64,000 bases of DNA from Trichoplax adhaerens (taxonomy: Eukaryota > Animalia > Placozoa), in NCBI RefSeq assembly GCF_000150275.1, contig NW_002060955.1:288886-352885 (forward strand). The letters are read 5' to 3'. The notes beneath the pieces were generated by a model. That model was not told the origin of the DNA and searched no databases. It saw only the letters and a list, made by a program, of their open reading frames with translations. This document shows positions 25,962 to 38,507 of this stretch, piece after piece; within the stretch, counting starts at the first letter, position 1, and each line of letters opens with the position of its first letter. The position numbers and the translations under genes are program-made.

Positions 25962-26824
25962 TTATGCGGGGTATACCCTTATTTTAGAATTTTGTTGTAT
26001 TTTGATCGTAGTGCTATAAATACAGTATAAACTTGGATCTTACTATACAGTATAGTACGACTACAAGCTTGGATGCAATGGAGTTGATTTTTAGCTACGA
26101 AAAGCCAGCTGTTTTTGCTATCGAAAGTTCAATTGACTCGTTGCTATCAGATCGGTTCAAATGAATTTAGCGCATAATAACTTATCAGGACTTAAAAATG
26201 CGCACAGTATTATTAATAATATTGTTGTGATGACGATGCGATACAGTGCATGGGCTGGCAACCTTTCAATGACTATCTTATACAATTTACAAGCGGTATT
26301 TTGCAATTATATACAATTATGAACATCGATATAACTACACTTTAAATATTAGTCTCTCGAATTTAGAACAAGTGTAACGCATATGAATCTGTAAATTTGA
26401 AAGTTAAAGCTCTGTAATTACTGCAGGACATACCTTTATGTTTATGATAGTGTCGTATGTCTGATACAGTGATGTGTAGACAGGAAATTGACAAACTGGT
26501 GATTATTAAGCTCGTGATTGGTACTGATCAGTGAAACCTGCAGTTGTATGCTTGATTTTACGAATGTATTGCAATAAATAAATAAATAGATTAATGTCAC
26601 TTTGAAAACATCAGAGCGTTGAATCTAATGGCATCGAATGCCAAGCTCAAATGCTTCCTCGTATGAATTGATCTTGCACGTTCAGCATCATCTGGCTTTA
26701 TCTGAAACTGTACCTAGTAAAAAAAAATTATCGAATTTAAATATGGTGTAGTAAATGCTGGCAGCTCAATTTGGAGATGAAAGAGTTGTGCATGAATAAA
26801 TACGATATTTGTCTCTTACCTGGT

Positions 26825-26943
26825 GTCTACGACCACATCATGTTGAATACACCCGTTCTCGTCTGATCACGGAAGTTAAGCAGCATCGAGCGAGGTTAGT
26901 ACTTAGATGGGTGACCGCTTGGGAATACCTCGTGCCGTAGACG
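26825..26943 (+). rRNA. 5S ribosomal RNA gene, solitary
   Basis: About 119 nt, GTCTACGACCACATC...GAAGTTAAGC...GTTAGTACTTAGATGGGTGACCGCTTGGGAATAC...GTAGAC. Terminal stem GTCTACG/CGTAGAC pairs. Confidence 0.95.
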
Positions 26944-26951
26944 TTCTCAAA

Positions 26952-26957
26952 TTTTTT
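26952..26957 (+). terminator. Pol III oligo-T terminator of the 5S gene
   Basis: T6 run 9 nt after the 5S 3' end. Confidence 0.7.
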
Positions 26958-28904
26958 CCACTTCAGTTTTCCTATGGGAACCAATCAAATGCTGCATGCT
27001 AATATTTTTATTCCAATTTCTCCCCACTGTTGACGATTCATATTGGACTCGAATGGATTTTTCCATTTTTCTTATTTACTGCGTAATTGATGCAAAATCG
27101 GATTTGAAGAACGAGTCAGACTACTGTACAGTGTACAGTACTGTTGAATACTGTAAGGAAGACAATGTACACTGTAAGACCTCTATACTGTACTGTGTAC
27201 AGAGGTCTTGATGGTCTGGTCTGTACCGTACATTGTACGCTAAGTCTAACTTACTATAAATGGGGATATAACGGTCAGTGATACTTTCATTATTTATGGA
27301 CTTAAGAGCAAGTTTAACTTTCTAACTTTACCACATTGAGATCTTTCAGAATCTCTCCATCAACCTAATATATCATTCTATTATAGCTTTACTGTATTTT
27401 TAAAGAAAGTAATAAAATGTTATGGTACACACTGTACTGTACTGTCTGATGTATAATTTCAATGGCACCCTGAAAAGATAGAATGGTGGAAGTTCAATCA
27501 GGCCCAAACTACATCAATTCTATATATTAGTTGTATCTGTGGAGATATCCTTCTACGGGTATATATAAATATTAATTATTATGCAGCAATTTTAACGGAA
27601 TACAACTTTCATTTTTGAACGAAGGAATGCCATCGAAAAATAATCAGACTTGTAGATACTTTCATGCCATACCGTGCTAGTCTACTGTGTACGATATGAA
27701 ATTGTCTATGGTTGATTTTTTCCTATTTTGAACCGGGTATACCCATACTGTGGTAACAGACTTTAAACAAAACTACTCACTCACTAACATACTGTACTTT
27801 TATCAAGGCCCACCATCGGCATAGCTTCAATTAATTTACTCTTAATGAACAAATTAATATGGCACTACAATATCGGATATTTACCCTAGTCATGTTCTAG
27901 TGAACTATTGTATATTGACCATTATTGACCACCACTCCTTTTGGAACAGTTCACAATCGACAGCAAGTTGTGAACACTGTGTTTAGCGAAAATGAATGAT
28001 TGTTTCTACCCTATTGCCATTATTGACAAGAATGGATACCTTCCATTTTTCAAGAAAGTTAAAATAGTGATGCAAAATTCTTTTTCATGAATAGAAGCTC
28101 GCTAGTGTACTGTATAATACAATCCTATTAACAATTATCAACAATACACTAGGATAGAAGATTGGTGCTGTACCCGTACAATTGAATCAATATCGCCATA
28201 CAATATCCAATAAAAGTGGATTATCCGTTCTAAAAATATTTCAATGGTCAACAATAACAGATACCTTTTATTTCCATCAATGTCAAAATACTAATCGTAA
28301 ACTCTTTTGATAAACTCTCGATGCTCTCTAGTCCAGTGTACAATATGAGTACAATCCTATATTAACCCGATTCAGCATGATAAACTACGAGTGCCAGTAG
28401 AATTGGATGAATGTGGTCAATAGTCGTCCTACTACATATGAAGAAGTATTTCTCAATGCATCGTCTTTGTCATGAAAAGATGAAAATAGGGCATTGAAGA
28501 GTGCTTATGTTAGTAATAGAATGCCATTTTTGGAGTCGTCAATGAAAAGACGTAGTTTACATTGTCTAACAGTCACTACCAAAGGCTGAATAAAGAACAA
28601 AATCAATCATACCGCACTTTGACAAAATCGATTATTGTCGACAGAAATCGGGGGCATAAAGTATAGCGGTCTCAGTACTGTAGTATTTTCCATATTAATT
28701 AATTAGTATCGTGCACAGAGTGGATAGCAACATCAATTTGAAAGCTATCGATATCATTCGATCGATGAAAGGGACAGCAAGATTGGTTTTAAAGTACAGC
28801 ACTGTACATATATGACGGTGTAATTTGATGTTATCGGATATCGTTACTAATTTTATATAATTTTAGAACATGATTTCACCTCTTCGTTACTCTAACGACT
28901 GACA

Positions 28905-31118
28905 ATGGATGAAGGAAACGGGAAACACACACAAAATATACCATCTCAATCCTTATTTACTCTACAAGCTCTACCGGAAGAAACGCTACGAATTATTATT
29001 ACTCATTTGAATGGCAGTACTGTTGCCAAATTGGCTCGACTATCGCAATATTTCTATACAGTGATTTCCAATGATTTGACGTGGAAACAAGTTATACAAC
29101 AAGAGTTAACGAATCAACCACAATTAATCGATGGAGAGAGTTATTATCATTTCTATAAACGACATTATCTTGGAATTCAAAAAACAATGAATTCAGGTGG
29201 AATAGATTCATCTGAAACATGCAAGCAAAATATCCATGAGCAACACGATGATGATAGCCACGCTAGAAAACATTATTATCAACCACGTACATCATGGGTA
29301 TATATTGACCAATTTCATCCCTATAAACAGTATAAATTAATCGAAAATGACCTACCATCAAGGAACTGCAATTATTATTACTTCAAATTTTTCTTTTTGA
29401 ACGCGGCCAGAAATAATTTAGAAGTCTGGGCTAATAAATTATACCAACAAATCAGTCGATATTTACAACAACAGCAAGTTGAAAATATTTATTTGCAATC
29501 GTTATACGTTGCTACACGCGAAAATTCTTGCCACTTTATTCGTCAATTTTTATATATGTATATTCAATACCATGATGATAATGAATGCCCTCCACTCTTT
29601 GCTACCTTGGCTAAAAATCATACACCGATTGTATGGAAAATATTTTATTGTATTTCATTAGATAGTCATTTAATAAGTGCACTATCTGAATTTTTTAACT
29701 TACTACCACTGTATCAAGCTGTCATCAACAAAGATTTGAATAATATTCAATTTTTACTTCATTGTAATCATGATCTAACTCATCTTTGGTCATCTGTATC
29801 ATTTTGTATTATTTATTACATTTCGTTATGTGGCAATATATCAACTATCGAGTATGTTCTATCCAATTATCAAAATTTCTTTGAGAAGCAGGAAGCCAAT
29901 AATAGTCATGGGCAAACTGGTAGTTGTAATACTACCGACTTTGAAAGCAAATGGGAAAGAGAAATGATTAGAGCTGCCGTTGATAGGAATGGTTGTGAGT
30001 TTCTTAAGATTTTACGCAAAATGTCAACCATTCATTTTATATTTAAACATTATTATTCCATCGCTTTATGGCATGCGATTTATCGCACGCTCGTTAATCC
30101 AACATCTTATCCAAATTTTTGGCAGTATATTACGCTAGAGTGTAATGATTTGAACACTTTTACTGTAGTTAGAAAGTCAAATCGTGATGACAAAAGAGGT
30201 GTTGAATTGATATTTAGAGCATGTTATAAATTAATGGAAGATTACGACAGCTGGAAAGAGAAAGATGAAATTGTTTATGCTTTAACTGGACTTGTGAATG
30301 ACAACTGTCCGCAAACGAATACATATGATTTATGGGCAACAGTATTCCAACAACTATTACCTGATTTAGCAGAACTTGATAATCCCTTATGTCGCGAATA
30401 TGACGATTATTACTTTTGCCATGATATATACAACTTGATTACTCTTATTAAGGATAAGCAAATAACCCCTCCAGAGTTATTTCGTAAATTAAGAATTATC
30501 GAATCGAAAAATGAAATTTCGAAATGCTTATCATTGTATTATAGTCTTAATAAGTTACATCATGAACAATCGATAGCCGATTGGATAAGAGGAACCTCAG
30601 GATACCGATTCGAGGAGTTAACACTGCGAGTGGGAAAGTTATACTTGAAAGATTTCGATTTTGATCAATGGCTACTTTGTGGTGTAAATAGATTAATCAA
30701 GAAGATAAGACCGGACGATATTCTATGCAATAACATTCTTCGGCATAAAATTGAAGTTATTGCTCAGTGCTATTTTGATCTATATTTATCTTATGGTTTT
30801 AATGTCAATAAATTAAGCAATCACCAACAAGCATCAGTGCAAGAAAATCTACCTAGTATTGCCATATACGATTCTAAGTATCTAGATATACCAGCTTTAC
30901 ATTACGCTTGTAAATTAGCCACACCATTATGGGTAAAAACTCTTCTAATTGCCGGTGCAGATCGCCAATTAACAAATAATCAAGACAAGCTACCAATCGA
31001 TTTTTGCCGAGAGCATTACAAGCAATATAATGTAGTAAACATGAAAATCACTGTAGACCTGTTAACACATTATACATCTTGCCCTCGAAGGACTAAGGAA
31101 GGTATAATAGTTCAGTGA
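28905..31118 (+). CDS. F-box and ankyrin-repeat protein, single coding exon, 737 aa
   Basis: N-terminal F-box LQALPEETLRIIITHLNGSTVAKLARLSQYFYTVISNDLTWK. C-terminal ankyrin repeat PALHYACKLATPLWVKTLLIAGAD. Degenerate ankyrin-like units in between. Confidence 0.8.
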   Translation: MDEGNGKHTQNIPSQSLFTLQALPEETLRIIITHLNGSTVAKLARLSQYFYTVISNDLTWKQVIQQELTNQPQLIDGESYYHFYKRHYLGIQKTMNSGGIDSSETCKQNIHEQHDDDSHARKHYYQPRTSWVYIDQFHPYKQYKLIENDLPSRNCNYYYFKFFFLNAARNNLEVWANKLYQQISRYLQQQQVENIYLQSLYVATRENSCHFIRQFLYMYIQYHDDNECPPLFATLAKNHTPIVWKIFYCISLDSHLISALSEFFNLLPLYQAVINKDLNNIQFLLHCNHDLTHLWSSVSFCIIYYISLCGNISTIEYVLSNYQNFFEKQEANNSHGQTGSCNTTDFESKWEREMIRAAVDRNGCEFLKILRKMSTIHFIFKHYYSIALWHAIYRTLVNPTSYPNFWQYITLECNDLNTFTVVRKSNRDDKRGVELIFRACYKLMEDYDSWKEKDEIVYALTGLVNDNCPQTNTYDLWATVFQQLLPDLAELDNPLCREYDDYYFCHDIYNLITLIKDKQITPPELFRKLRIIESKNEISKCLSLYYSLNKLHHEQSIADWIRGTSGYRFEELTLRVGKLYLKDFDFDQWLLCGVNRLIKKIRPDDILCNNILRHKIEVIAQCYFDLYLSYGFNVNKLSNHQQASVQENLPSIAIYDSKYLDIPALHYACKLATPLWVKTLLIAGADRQLTNNQDKLPIDFCREHYKQYNVVNMKITVDLLTHYTSCPRRTKEGIIVQ

Positions 31119-33790
31119 TATTAATGTACATCTTAACGATGCTTTCACACACATATAACTCTCAACGATAATGGAATAACGCTTTCTATACCATCATATT
31201 ACGTCTACTTTTTGCTATAAAACTCATAAGTAATGTCTAAGTTTCTAAGGAATAAGAGCTCACAGTTAATATACGCGTATTTATCGCTTTTTTATTTTAA
31301 GATTAAGTTGCATAGACTGCATTTAGAAGCCATTGGCTAATTTTCGTAAGAATCGTTTTGATGATCCAATCAAACACACTCCGAAATGATTACGCTTCGT
31401 ACAGTAATTGTGATGTAATCCAATGTTGATCTACTTGGAATATTAATATCAGTAGTGTTTTCAGCTATATTTTTGATTAATCATTCTTTATATTAATTAA
31501 TTGGTTGGCGTATCAGTGGTTCTGTGGGTTAGCATCTGTAAGTTATTGACGTAAAAGATAGGTAGATAGAATTGTCCACGACTTTGTATATTCGAATATT
31601 GAATTACTGTATACGTGCAATAAGTAGACTAAAATTAATTCAGTTTCTTGCTTATTGAAACGCTAGCGGTAGGGAGAAATGCAGCAGTTAGAATTTGAAC
31701 TCTATAATACACAAAATCGAAGTGTCGATGTTATGTTACTCATAGGAAATTATGGATCAAGAAATTATTTCTTAACGTAATTAAAAAATGTCATTGATAG
31801 AGGGAAAAATTTGAAAATATATAAAATTAAGATAAATACGTAAAATTATTGATGCAACAATGATATTTTATTACATATAAATTAGTACAATTTCATATTG
31901 TGCAGAAAATTTATTATCTTACTGGCGTTATTATTTGCATCAGTTTATAATGTACTTAAATAAATGATTCGTAAAGATATTGTTTAGAATACTCATAGTT
32001 ACTGGCAACTTTGACTTAATGTCTACCTTTAATATCTTTAGGTAATTTTATTGTGTCATACGAGATACTAATATCATGTAAATGCTGTACTTATTTTAAG
32101 ACAGTAACTTTAGCCATTTTTTAACTAGATAACCTAAATAGTAACCTATACTATTGGTGCCTGGTAGAGAAACTTTTTATGTTGATATTCGAGTACAGTA
32201 TATAAAATTTAATGATTGTCTAAATCCTAACTTTGTTTGATTAATGGTAATACAATTAATCAATTACAGTACGTATGACAAGACTGCCATCTGGAACTAA
32301 TTCTCCAAGCTATCTAGATTGAATAGCATTGTTATAGCGTGTAAGATTATCACTTCGAGCAAATTATTGTTACGATCATAGATGAAAAGTATCAAAATCA
32401 TATCTACACTATTTACTACTTTGAACTATTTCGCTTGTTAAAAAAATTTATTAGTAAAGTTATTGATAATCAAGCTATCATGTTATTGTATTCGTTAGTA
32501 CATAGAATTGAAATTCCTTATAACGGAAGATCTCTGAAAGCGTAGCCATGCGCAAACATTCTTCGTCTTATTGTTCAACAAAGTAGCATCCATTTTGTAG
32601 TAATACGATTTAGTACTTTAGCTGCTTCCCAAAATTTATATATTTTATTCTAGTCACTCACAGCTTGTCAGTTTCATCAATTCACTTAAGATTAAGACTT
32701 TCCATTACCTATTTTAGAAGGATATAACAGCTCTATTTCATGACTGTAAAGTGATATGTCGATGCAAATAATGCATCATGTCATAAATGTTGCATTTGTA
32801 AAATTGAAAGAATTAATGCATTCTCAGTAAATACAGATAACATGCCAATAAAATTATTGCTATTTTACATACATTACGCATGAGTATCCTTATAAAATCG
32901 AAGCTAAGCATATTAGAAGATCTCTCTAGTTCGCAATCTTAAATATCATTTAATATCTTCTTAAAGTCGCGCTACATTAAAGAAAGAGTAATTTATCTTA
33001 TCCTATTAGTCTATAGCGTTACATGGCTACTGAGATTGGTATACTTTAGTGTTACTATCCAAGTATCAGTTAGCATAACTTTAACAAAATAGCGTTATTA
33101 CGGTTTAAGCTCTTTCTTTAATATTAAAGTATATTAATTCAACAATATGAATGGCATTTAGTATTCTTATTAGTTATGCTACAGTTAAAGTTATATGAGA
33201 GTACATAAAATAGTATTACAGTACATGGAATCGATTGTATCAGATACAATTATAATGTATAATTATTAGGCAAATAAGTGTCGAAATACAGTAGGTAAGC
33301 GCATAAAGTTTACAGCAGTAAGAAGAAACACTGTAGTATTATTGAATCTATAAAAGTAGTCAATTAATAATTAATGTTTTAAAACGTCAACAGAATAATA
33401 GTCTAGAAACAAAATCAATACATACTATACCAACCATTAGCTTCAAACTGAAAACGCTACAAAATGAGAATGCAATAGCAGTTTTTGACCTAATTTGGGT
33501 ATTTGTATTTTTGTATGTATTTACTTAATCGATCTATTTACTCTATCTATGTACAGTACATTATTTAGTGAATCGGCTAACACACATAGAAAGGACATCA
33601 CCAACTTGGCTGAAACAAACATTACATTGAAATAAGATCCAAAATGGCATGTTGTTGTGTAGATTACATGAAAACGGTGATACAGTTGTAAGCCAGCATA
33701 ATATCCAGATAGAAGAAAAAAATGCTTATGTCAGTTAACAACAGCAAAAAGCTTGAAATTACTCCTTTCCTTTTGAATCTAGTCATCGTA

Positions 33791-35893
33791 CTATTTCAGC
33801 CACCAAAAGCTAATATTCTGGTGTTTACTGCTAGGTAAAGGACAGTTGCAATAGCTGTTTAATAAATCGATTGCCACACCGTATGATTGAGCCAATTTTG
33901 GTAACGACAGTGATCGGATATTTTCGATATGCCTGTCAGCACCGGCTGCTAAAAAAAATTGAACCCAATGTGTTTTACCCATCGTGATGGCATAGTGAGC
34001 GGCTGTTGAGCGACAACTTCTAGTGCAATCATTAATCTGATAGCCAGCATCCAGTATAGCTTCGAAATAACATTCAGTAATTTGATCTAGTCTCCTATCT
34101 AACTTCTCATCTTGAAATAAACGATGGTTCCATTCCATGTTCATAACTGACCAAAACATACAGAATAATATTTCTGATCGTTGATGCTCATCGCATCGGT
34201 TGATTAATTCTAGAAGCACTATTAATAGATTATAAGATGTTAGTTCTAGAGCAAACCGTTTGGGGTTGAAATAATTATCCTCGATTTGGCTTAATCTATA
34301 ATAGAATCCGACTGTTGTGTCGTAGTGCTGACTTGAGGAAAAGATCGACCAATCATTAAAAACATTTAATCTTAGATGGTGATCTAATCTTGAAGACTCA
34401 TAGAGGAGTACGTTGGGAAGGTCAGAAATACATTGGAATGCCATTCTTAGCAACTGAGGATGTTGTAATTGTTCAACATAACGGATAGCTTTATTTCTAG
34501 CATCGCCGAGCGATGTCATCATTTTAAGAGATTCATCTCCATTTTGAGCATAATCCGAGATTAACTGTTTATAGTTAACAACTAGAGAACGAAACATGTT
34601 CATGTTGCCTATAGAAACAACGTGATCGAAGATCATTTTATAGTAATTATACTTAATCAAATCGGGAAGAAGGAAAGTTATATAATCGGAGTAGTGTGAC
34701 GGTCGTGCCAATGCTTTGGCCATAGCGTGGGTAAAGGCTAAATGGTATGAATTTATTGGGTCTTCATCATAACTACACGTGGAGAATTCCTTGGTTTGAT
34801 TCTGGCGTAATGTCTTTAACATGGCTACACCCATTTTATCAATGGCAATCTCAATAAACGATTGAACTCGTAAAGAAGATCGACAATGATTGTAATGGAT
34901 ATTGTGATCGATTAAGAATTCGCAACATTTGAAATGGCCGGCGATGGTAGCATATCTTAGTGGATCCATACCGTAAATATCTTGTTTGAAACAATTTAAT
35001 TTTTGTGTCTCAACGTAATAGCGTAATTGATCGAATTTGCCTTCAACAGCAGCACGACATTCTGGCGTTAATTTCAAGCCCATTAATAACGACTTTAATT
35101 GTGATGGATAATCAACTATTTCAATTAAGATGCTATTAACACTCGATGCGTAGTTATAACTGCCTTGATTATTGTTGCCTGCAATGGCATTCATCACTTT
35201 TTCACCAGAGTACTTTTTTAAGAAATATCGAATTATTTGACGTATGAAATTATGACGAGATTCTCGAATAGCGATATTGATAGGATAAAATTTCAAATTG
35301 AAGAAATTGACACCGGAAAATAAAGCACCACGTTCAAGTAATAATATTGCCCATACTTCATAGCCATGTTTCGCCGCATGGCATAGATACATGGATAGGA
35401 TTTTGCTATCCACAGTTTGCGTATGAGTTTTAAGGTAATTACCGTAGGAGAACAGTTTTTCTAGAATGTAAGTATCCTTAGCGTAAGTGCTGTAATTACT
35501 TACGGTATTGGAATGTTGGTTATCATCATCATGATTGGAAAAATTGTCTATATTGATATCGGAAAATTGAGGATCGTCCCAATTTTTAAGGACGAATGTA
35601 CAAAGCATATTATATTGACCTAAATAAGCACGCTTGTAATACATGAAATGATTTTCATCCTTGAGTAATTGAGGCTTGCAGGTTAACTCATTTTGTATCA
35701 TTCGTCTCCATAAGGTATCATCACAAGTCAATTTATAAAAGGAAAGGCAAGTATTGGCTAGCCGAGTAAGATCGCAACCTGTCAAATAGCTAGTAATATG
35801 GATAATGACCTGTTGAGGCAAGACTGAAAAAATATTGACATCTTTCGCGATACCTTCCTTCTCCATGCTACCGTCAGAGGATGATAATTGCAT
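33791..35893 (-). CDS. F-box and ankyrin-repeat protein, single coding exon; paralogue of 28905-31118
   Basis: F-box FSVLPQQVIIHITSYLTGCDLTRLANTCLSFYKLTCDDTLWR. Ankyrin repeats LCHAAKHGYEVWAILLLERGA, DPLRYATIAGHFKCCEFLI, TAAHYAITMGKTHWVQFFLAAGAD. First ATG at 35893. Confidence 0.85.
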   Translation of the reverse strand: MQLSSSDGSMEKEGIAKDVNIFSVLPQQVIIHITSYLTGCDLTRLANTCLSFYKLTCDDTLWRRMIQNELTCKPQLLKDENHFMYYKRAYLGQYNMLCTFVLKNWDDPQFSDINIDNFSNHDDDNQHSNTVSNYSTYAKDTYILEKLFSYGNYLKTHTQTVDSKILSMYLCHAAKHGYEVWAILLLERGALFSGVNFFNLKFYPINIAIRESRHNFIRQIIRYFLKKYSGEKVMNAIAGNNNQGSYNYASSVNSILIEIVDYPSQLKSLLMGLKLTPECRAAVEGKFDQLRYYVETQKLNCFKQDIYGMDPLRYATIAGHFKCCEFLIDHNIHYNHCRSSLRVQSFIEIAIDKMGVAMLKTLRQNQTKEFSTCSYDEDPINSYHLAFTHAMAKALARPSHYSDYITFLLPDLIKYNYYKMIFDHVVSIGNMNMFRSLVVNYKQLISDYAQNGDESLKMMTSLGDARNKAIRYVEQLQHPQLLRMAFQCISDLPNVLLYESSRLDHHLRLNVFNDWSIFSSSQHYDTTVGFYYRLSQIEDNYFNPKRFALELTSYNLLIVLLELINRCDEHQRSEILFCMFWSVMNMEWNHRLFQDEKLDRRLDQITECYFEAILDAGYQINDCTRSCRSTAAHYAITMGKTHWVQFFLAAGADRHIENIRSLSLPKLAQSYGVAIDLLNSYCNCPLPSSKHQNISFWWLK

Positions 35894-36489
35894 CGTAAAA
35901 TGGCACAAATCGATGTAGTAAAAACTGTTGTCACCACAATTGGCAGATTGGCACTACTACTGATATTCAAATTGTCGACAATGGCCGCTCAATATTCCCT
36001 GCCAATATGCCACACTGGATTGAAAAGTACTCGCAACTCTTCTCTTGACTAACTTGCGTTTTGCTCTCTTCGTTGTTGAGCTGGTCGATGTTGATGCTGA
36101 ATGGATGCTAGGGATGGACCCTTGTCCACAGTATGCTATCGCAGGGCGGTTGTCCTTCGATGAAAACGTTGTAAAGATCAATTTTTCTTACCAATGGCGG
36201 TCATAAAGGTCGAAACTAGCGTCTGAATGTTGTAACTTAAAAGGAACTTAAAGGAAATTGGGCCAGGCCTTGATCCAGTTTCAAGCTAATTTTCTTTCTG
36301 ATCCAAATTGTGATCATTAATATTGGCGTTTAGTTGCCCTGCCCATTCGTGCCGACGAAGTGTTACGTCAAAGCGGTATTAAAATCTTACAGGCAATCTT
36401 GTGCATACAATACATACAGTTCTTGCTGGTAGTTTGAGTTGCTTTCCTGTGGTCCTCCATGGCCAGTCCAGTACCAAGAGGACCTTTAC

Positions 36490-36809
36490 TACAGTCCACC
36501 GCTGCACCGTGTACAGTACATGCTCCACAGTACTGAGTACTGTAGATGTTTAGCATCGTCCTGTCCTACGGTCTTCCATGCAGTCCAGGACCAAGAACCG
36601 AACCGCGCCGAACCGTTGAGGGCCTCTACAGTAGACCTGTCCCGGTTCGGTTCGGTCCGGTTCTGAACCTTCCACTTTTTACACTTACAGTACATACTGT
36701 ACTGTACACTGTACTGTACACTGTAGTACTGTACTGTACACAATGCTGAACACTTACCGTACTCAGTACTGTACAACATGTACTGTACACGGTGCAGATG
36801 TGGACTGTA
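36490..36809. repeat. Nested inverted-repeat (fold-back, MITE-like) element
   Basis: 67 bp imperfect inverted arms at 36490-36556 and 36743-36809. Inner (GAACC)n / (GGTTC)n inverted pair at ~36595-36663. Confidence 0.8.
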
Positions 36810-38507
36810 CTGTGTAACTGTAGTCATAGAAACCGTACGGTACAGTACTGAGTACTGTAGATTCTCGGCAGCGTGCAATGGAAACGAGTCAAATTGACCG
36901 GCTTTCAGGCTTGCCTTTCGATGCCATTAGACCACTATTTTAGGCGTTTGGTGAGCTCCCTCTATTCATGTTTCTATTCATTTTGACTACAGCATTCAGT
37001 TTTCGATTTCTACACAATTCCAATACAAACCGACTATCCACTGGTACACTTATTACACTATCGGTTCAACCAGTACAGTATACCAGTCACGCCGTAATAG
37101 TGGTCTCCTTCTTGAAGGGTATTTACTTTTACCAAATGTACCCAATCTGAACATATAATCATGAATGAAAACGATGCAAATTGGATCCAACTTTCATCAG
37201 CTAATTCTGCTGTCGCATTATGCTTACTGTAATGTACTCGCATGTCTTCAGATTATCACGGATGCACTGATATACTACCAGTAGTTATTTACTCTAGCCA
37301 AATTCTGATCTATTGAAGAATTGTTTATTACCTCCAATTCCATTTTCATAGACAAACCCTTAATTGGTAAATTGGTCAATTCTGAATTACTGATGCATTC
37401 TGCCTCCATGTAAATTACATCAAGAATTTTCTGTTTAGTAATCGGACACGCTTTAGTAAAATCCAATATAGGTGCTACTGTACAAGTATATTACAGATTA
37501 GGGTTGACCGAACTACACTCTCAAAATTTTAGGTAAAAGGTTTATTTAAAATCTCTAGTAGCGCGCAAGACTGCTTGCTATCCTTTACTTGGACAAAATC
37601 GTTTTATCTCATATTTAATTTATCGTAAAGCATTCTACTTCGCGTATATTTTAGATTAATCTTAATACTGATCCGCCTGGATTGAAAAGCACGTTGCTTT
37701 CTACGGTTTCAAAAAAATACTATCTTGGCTACAATTTTAGCACAATCTGGCGAATACTGTGACAAATTCCCATCGCCACACTATTAATCATCGTAGTATA
37801 TCAAGTTGCACTCTTCCTCAATATGAAGAGTGTATTGGAGATATTCCAAAGTAAATTAGATCATTCGATGTGAATTATCAAATTTAAGCAAGTGTACTGT
37901 GCAGTAACAAGCTACAGTTTTGCGAGTTTGACAAGGCAAGGTGGTTGCTTCGATCGAAGATCCATTAGTCTCTGCGCTACGATCGTTCTTATTGGTGAAT
38001 TGGTACGGAAATTTATCCTAGTCGTCGTAAAAATGAATTGTTCTGTAAACAAAGTTATTACAGTTAGCATGTACCAAGTGAATAACTAGAGCTGAACCTT
38101 GGCTCAGTAGCAAAGTACTTGACCATCTCCATAGTATGCCACCTACCAAGGACTACTACTCAGATTTTAAGTACTCTATGCATTCACTGACAGTTCGTAA
38201 GCAAACAATCTTTCATCCAAGAAATTGTTATAGCTTCAAATGTTAGTATTTGAAATATCCGGTGCTGCTGGTAAGCGAATGCAATTACAGTACTGTTTTA
38301 GCTAAAAGGAGCAGTCAATAATTTATAAAAATATAGTGCACCGAGGTAGCCACAGCGTGATATAACCATGCACTAGTGAAGGAATTCATGTCATCTGAGA
38401 TGATTATTCAGGCAAATGAATCATTTTTTCAGTCACATCTTAAAGGCAATGGCAATCAAGGTTTAAGAGCGTTTATTTACTACAAATTTCTATTAAACAA
38501 TTGTGCA

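Noticed and set aside
26812-26824. CTTACCTGG resembling the U1 snRNA 5' end next to 5S
   Set aside because: No U1 stem-loops or Sm site follow; the sequence runs straight into 5S.
27800-28620. Possible decayed third F-box/ankyrin copy
   Set aside because: Only a few residues of resemblance in stop-ridden frames; needs TBLASTN to support.
37058-37466. Two short minus-strand ORFs suggesting a pseudogene
   Set aside because: No recognisable domain or splice structure.
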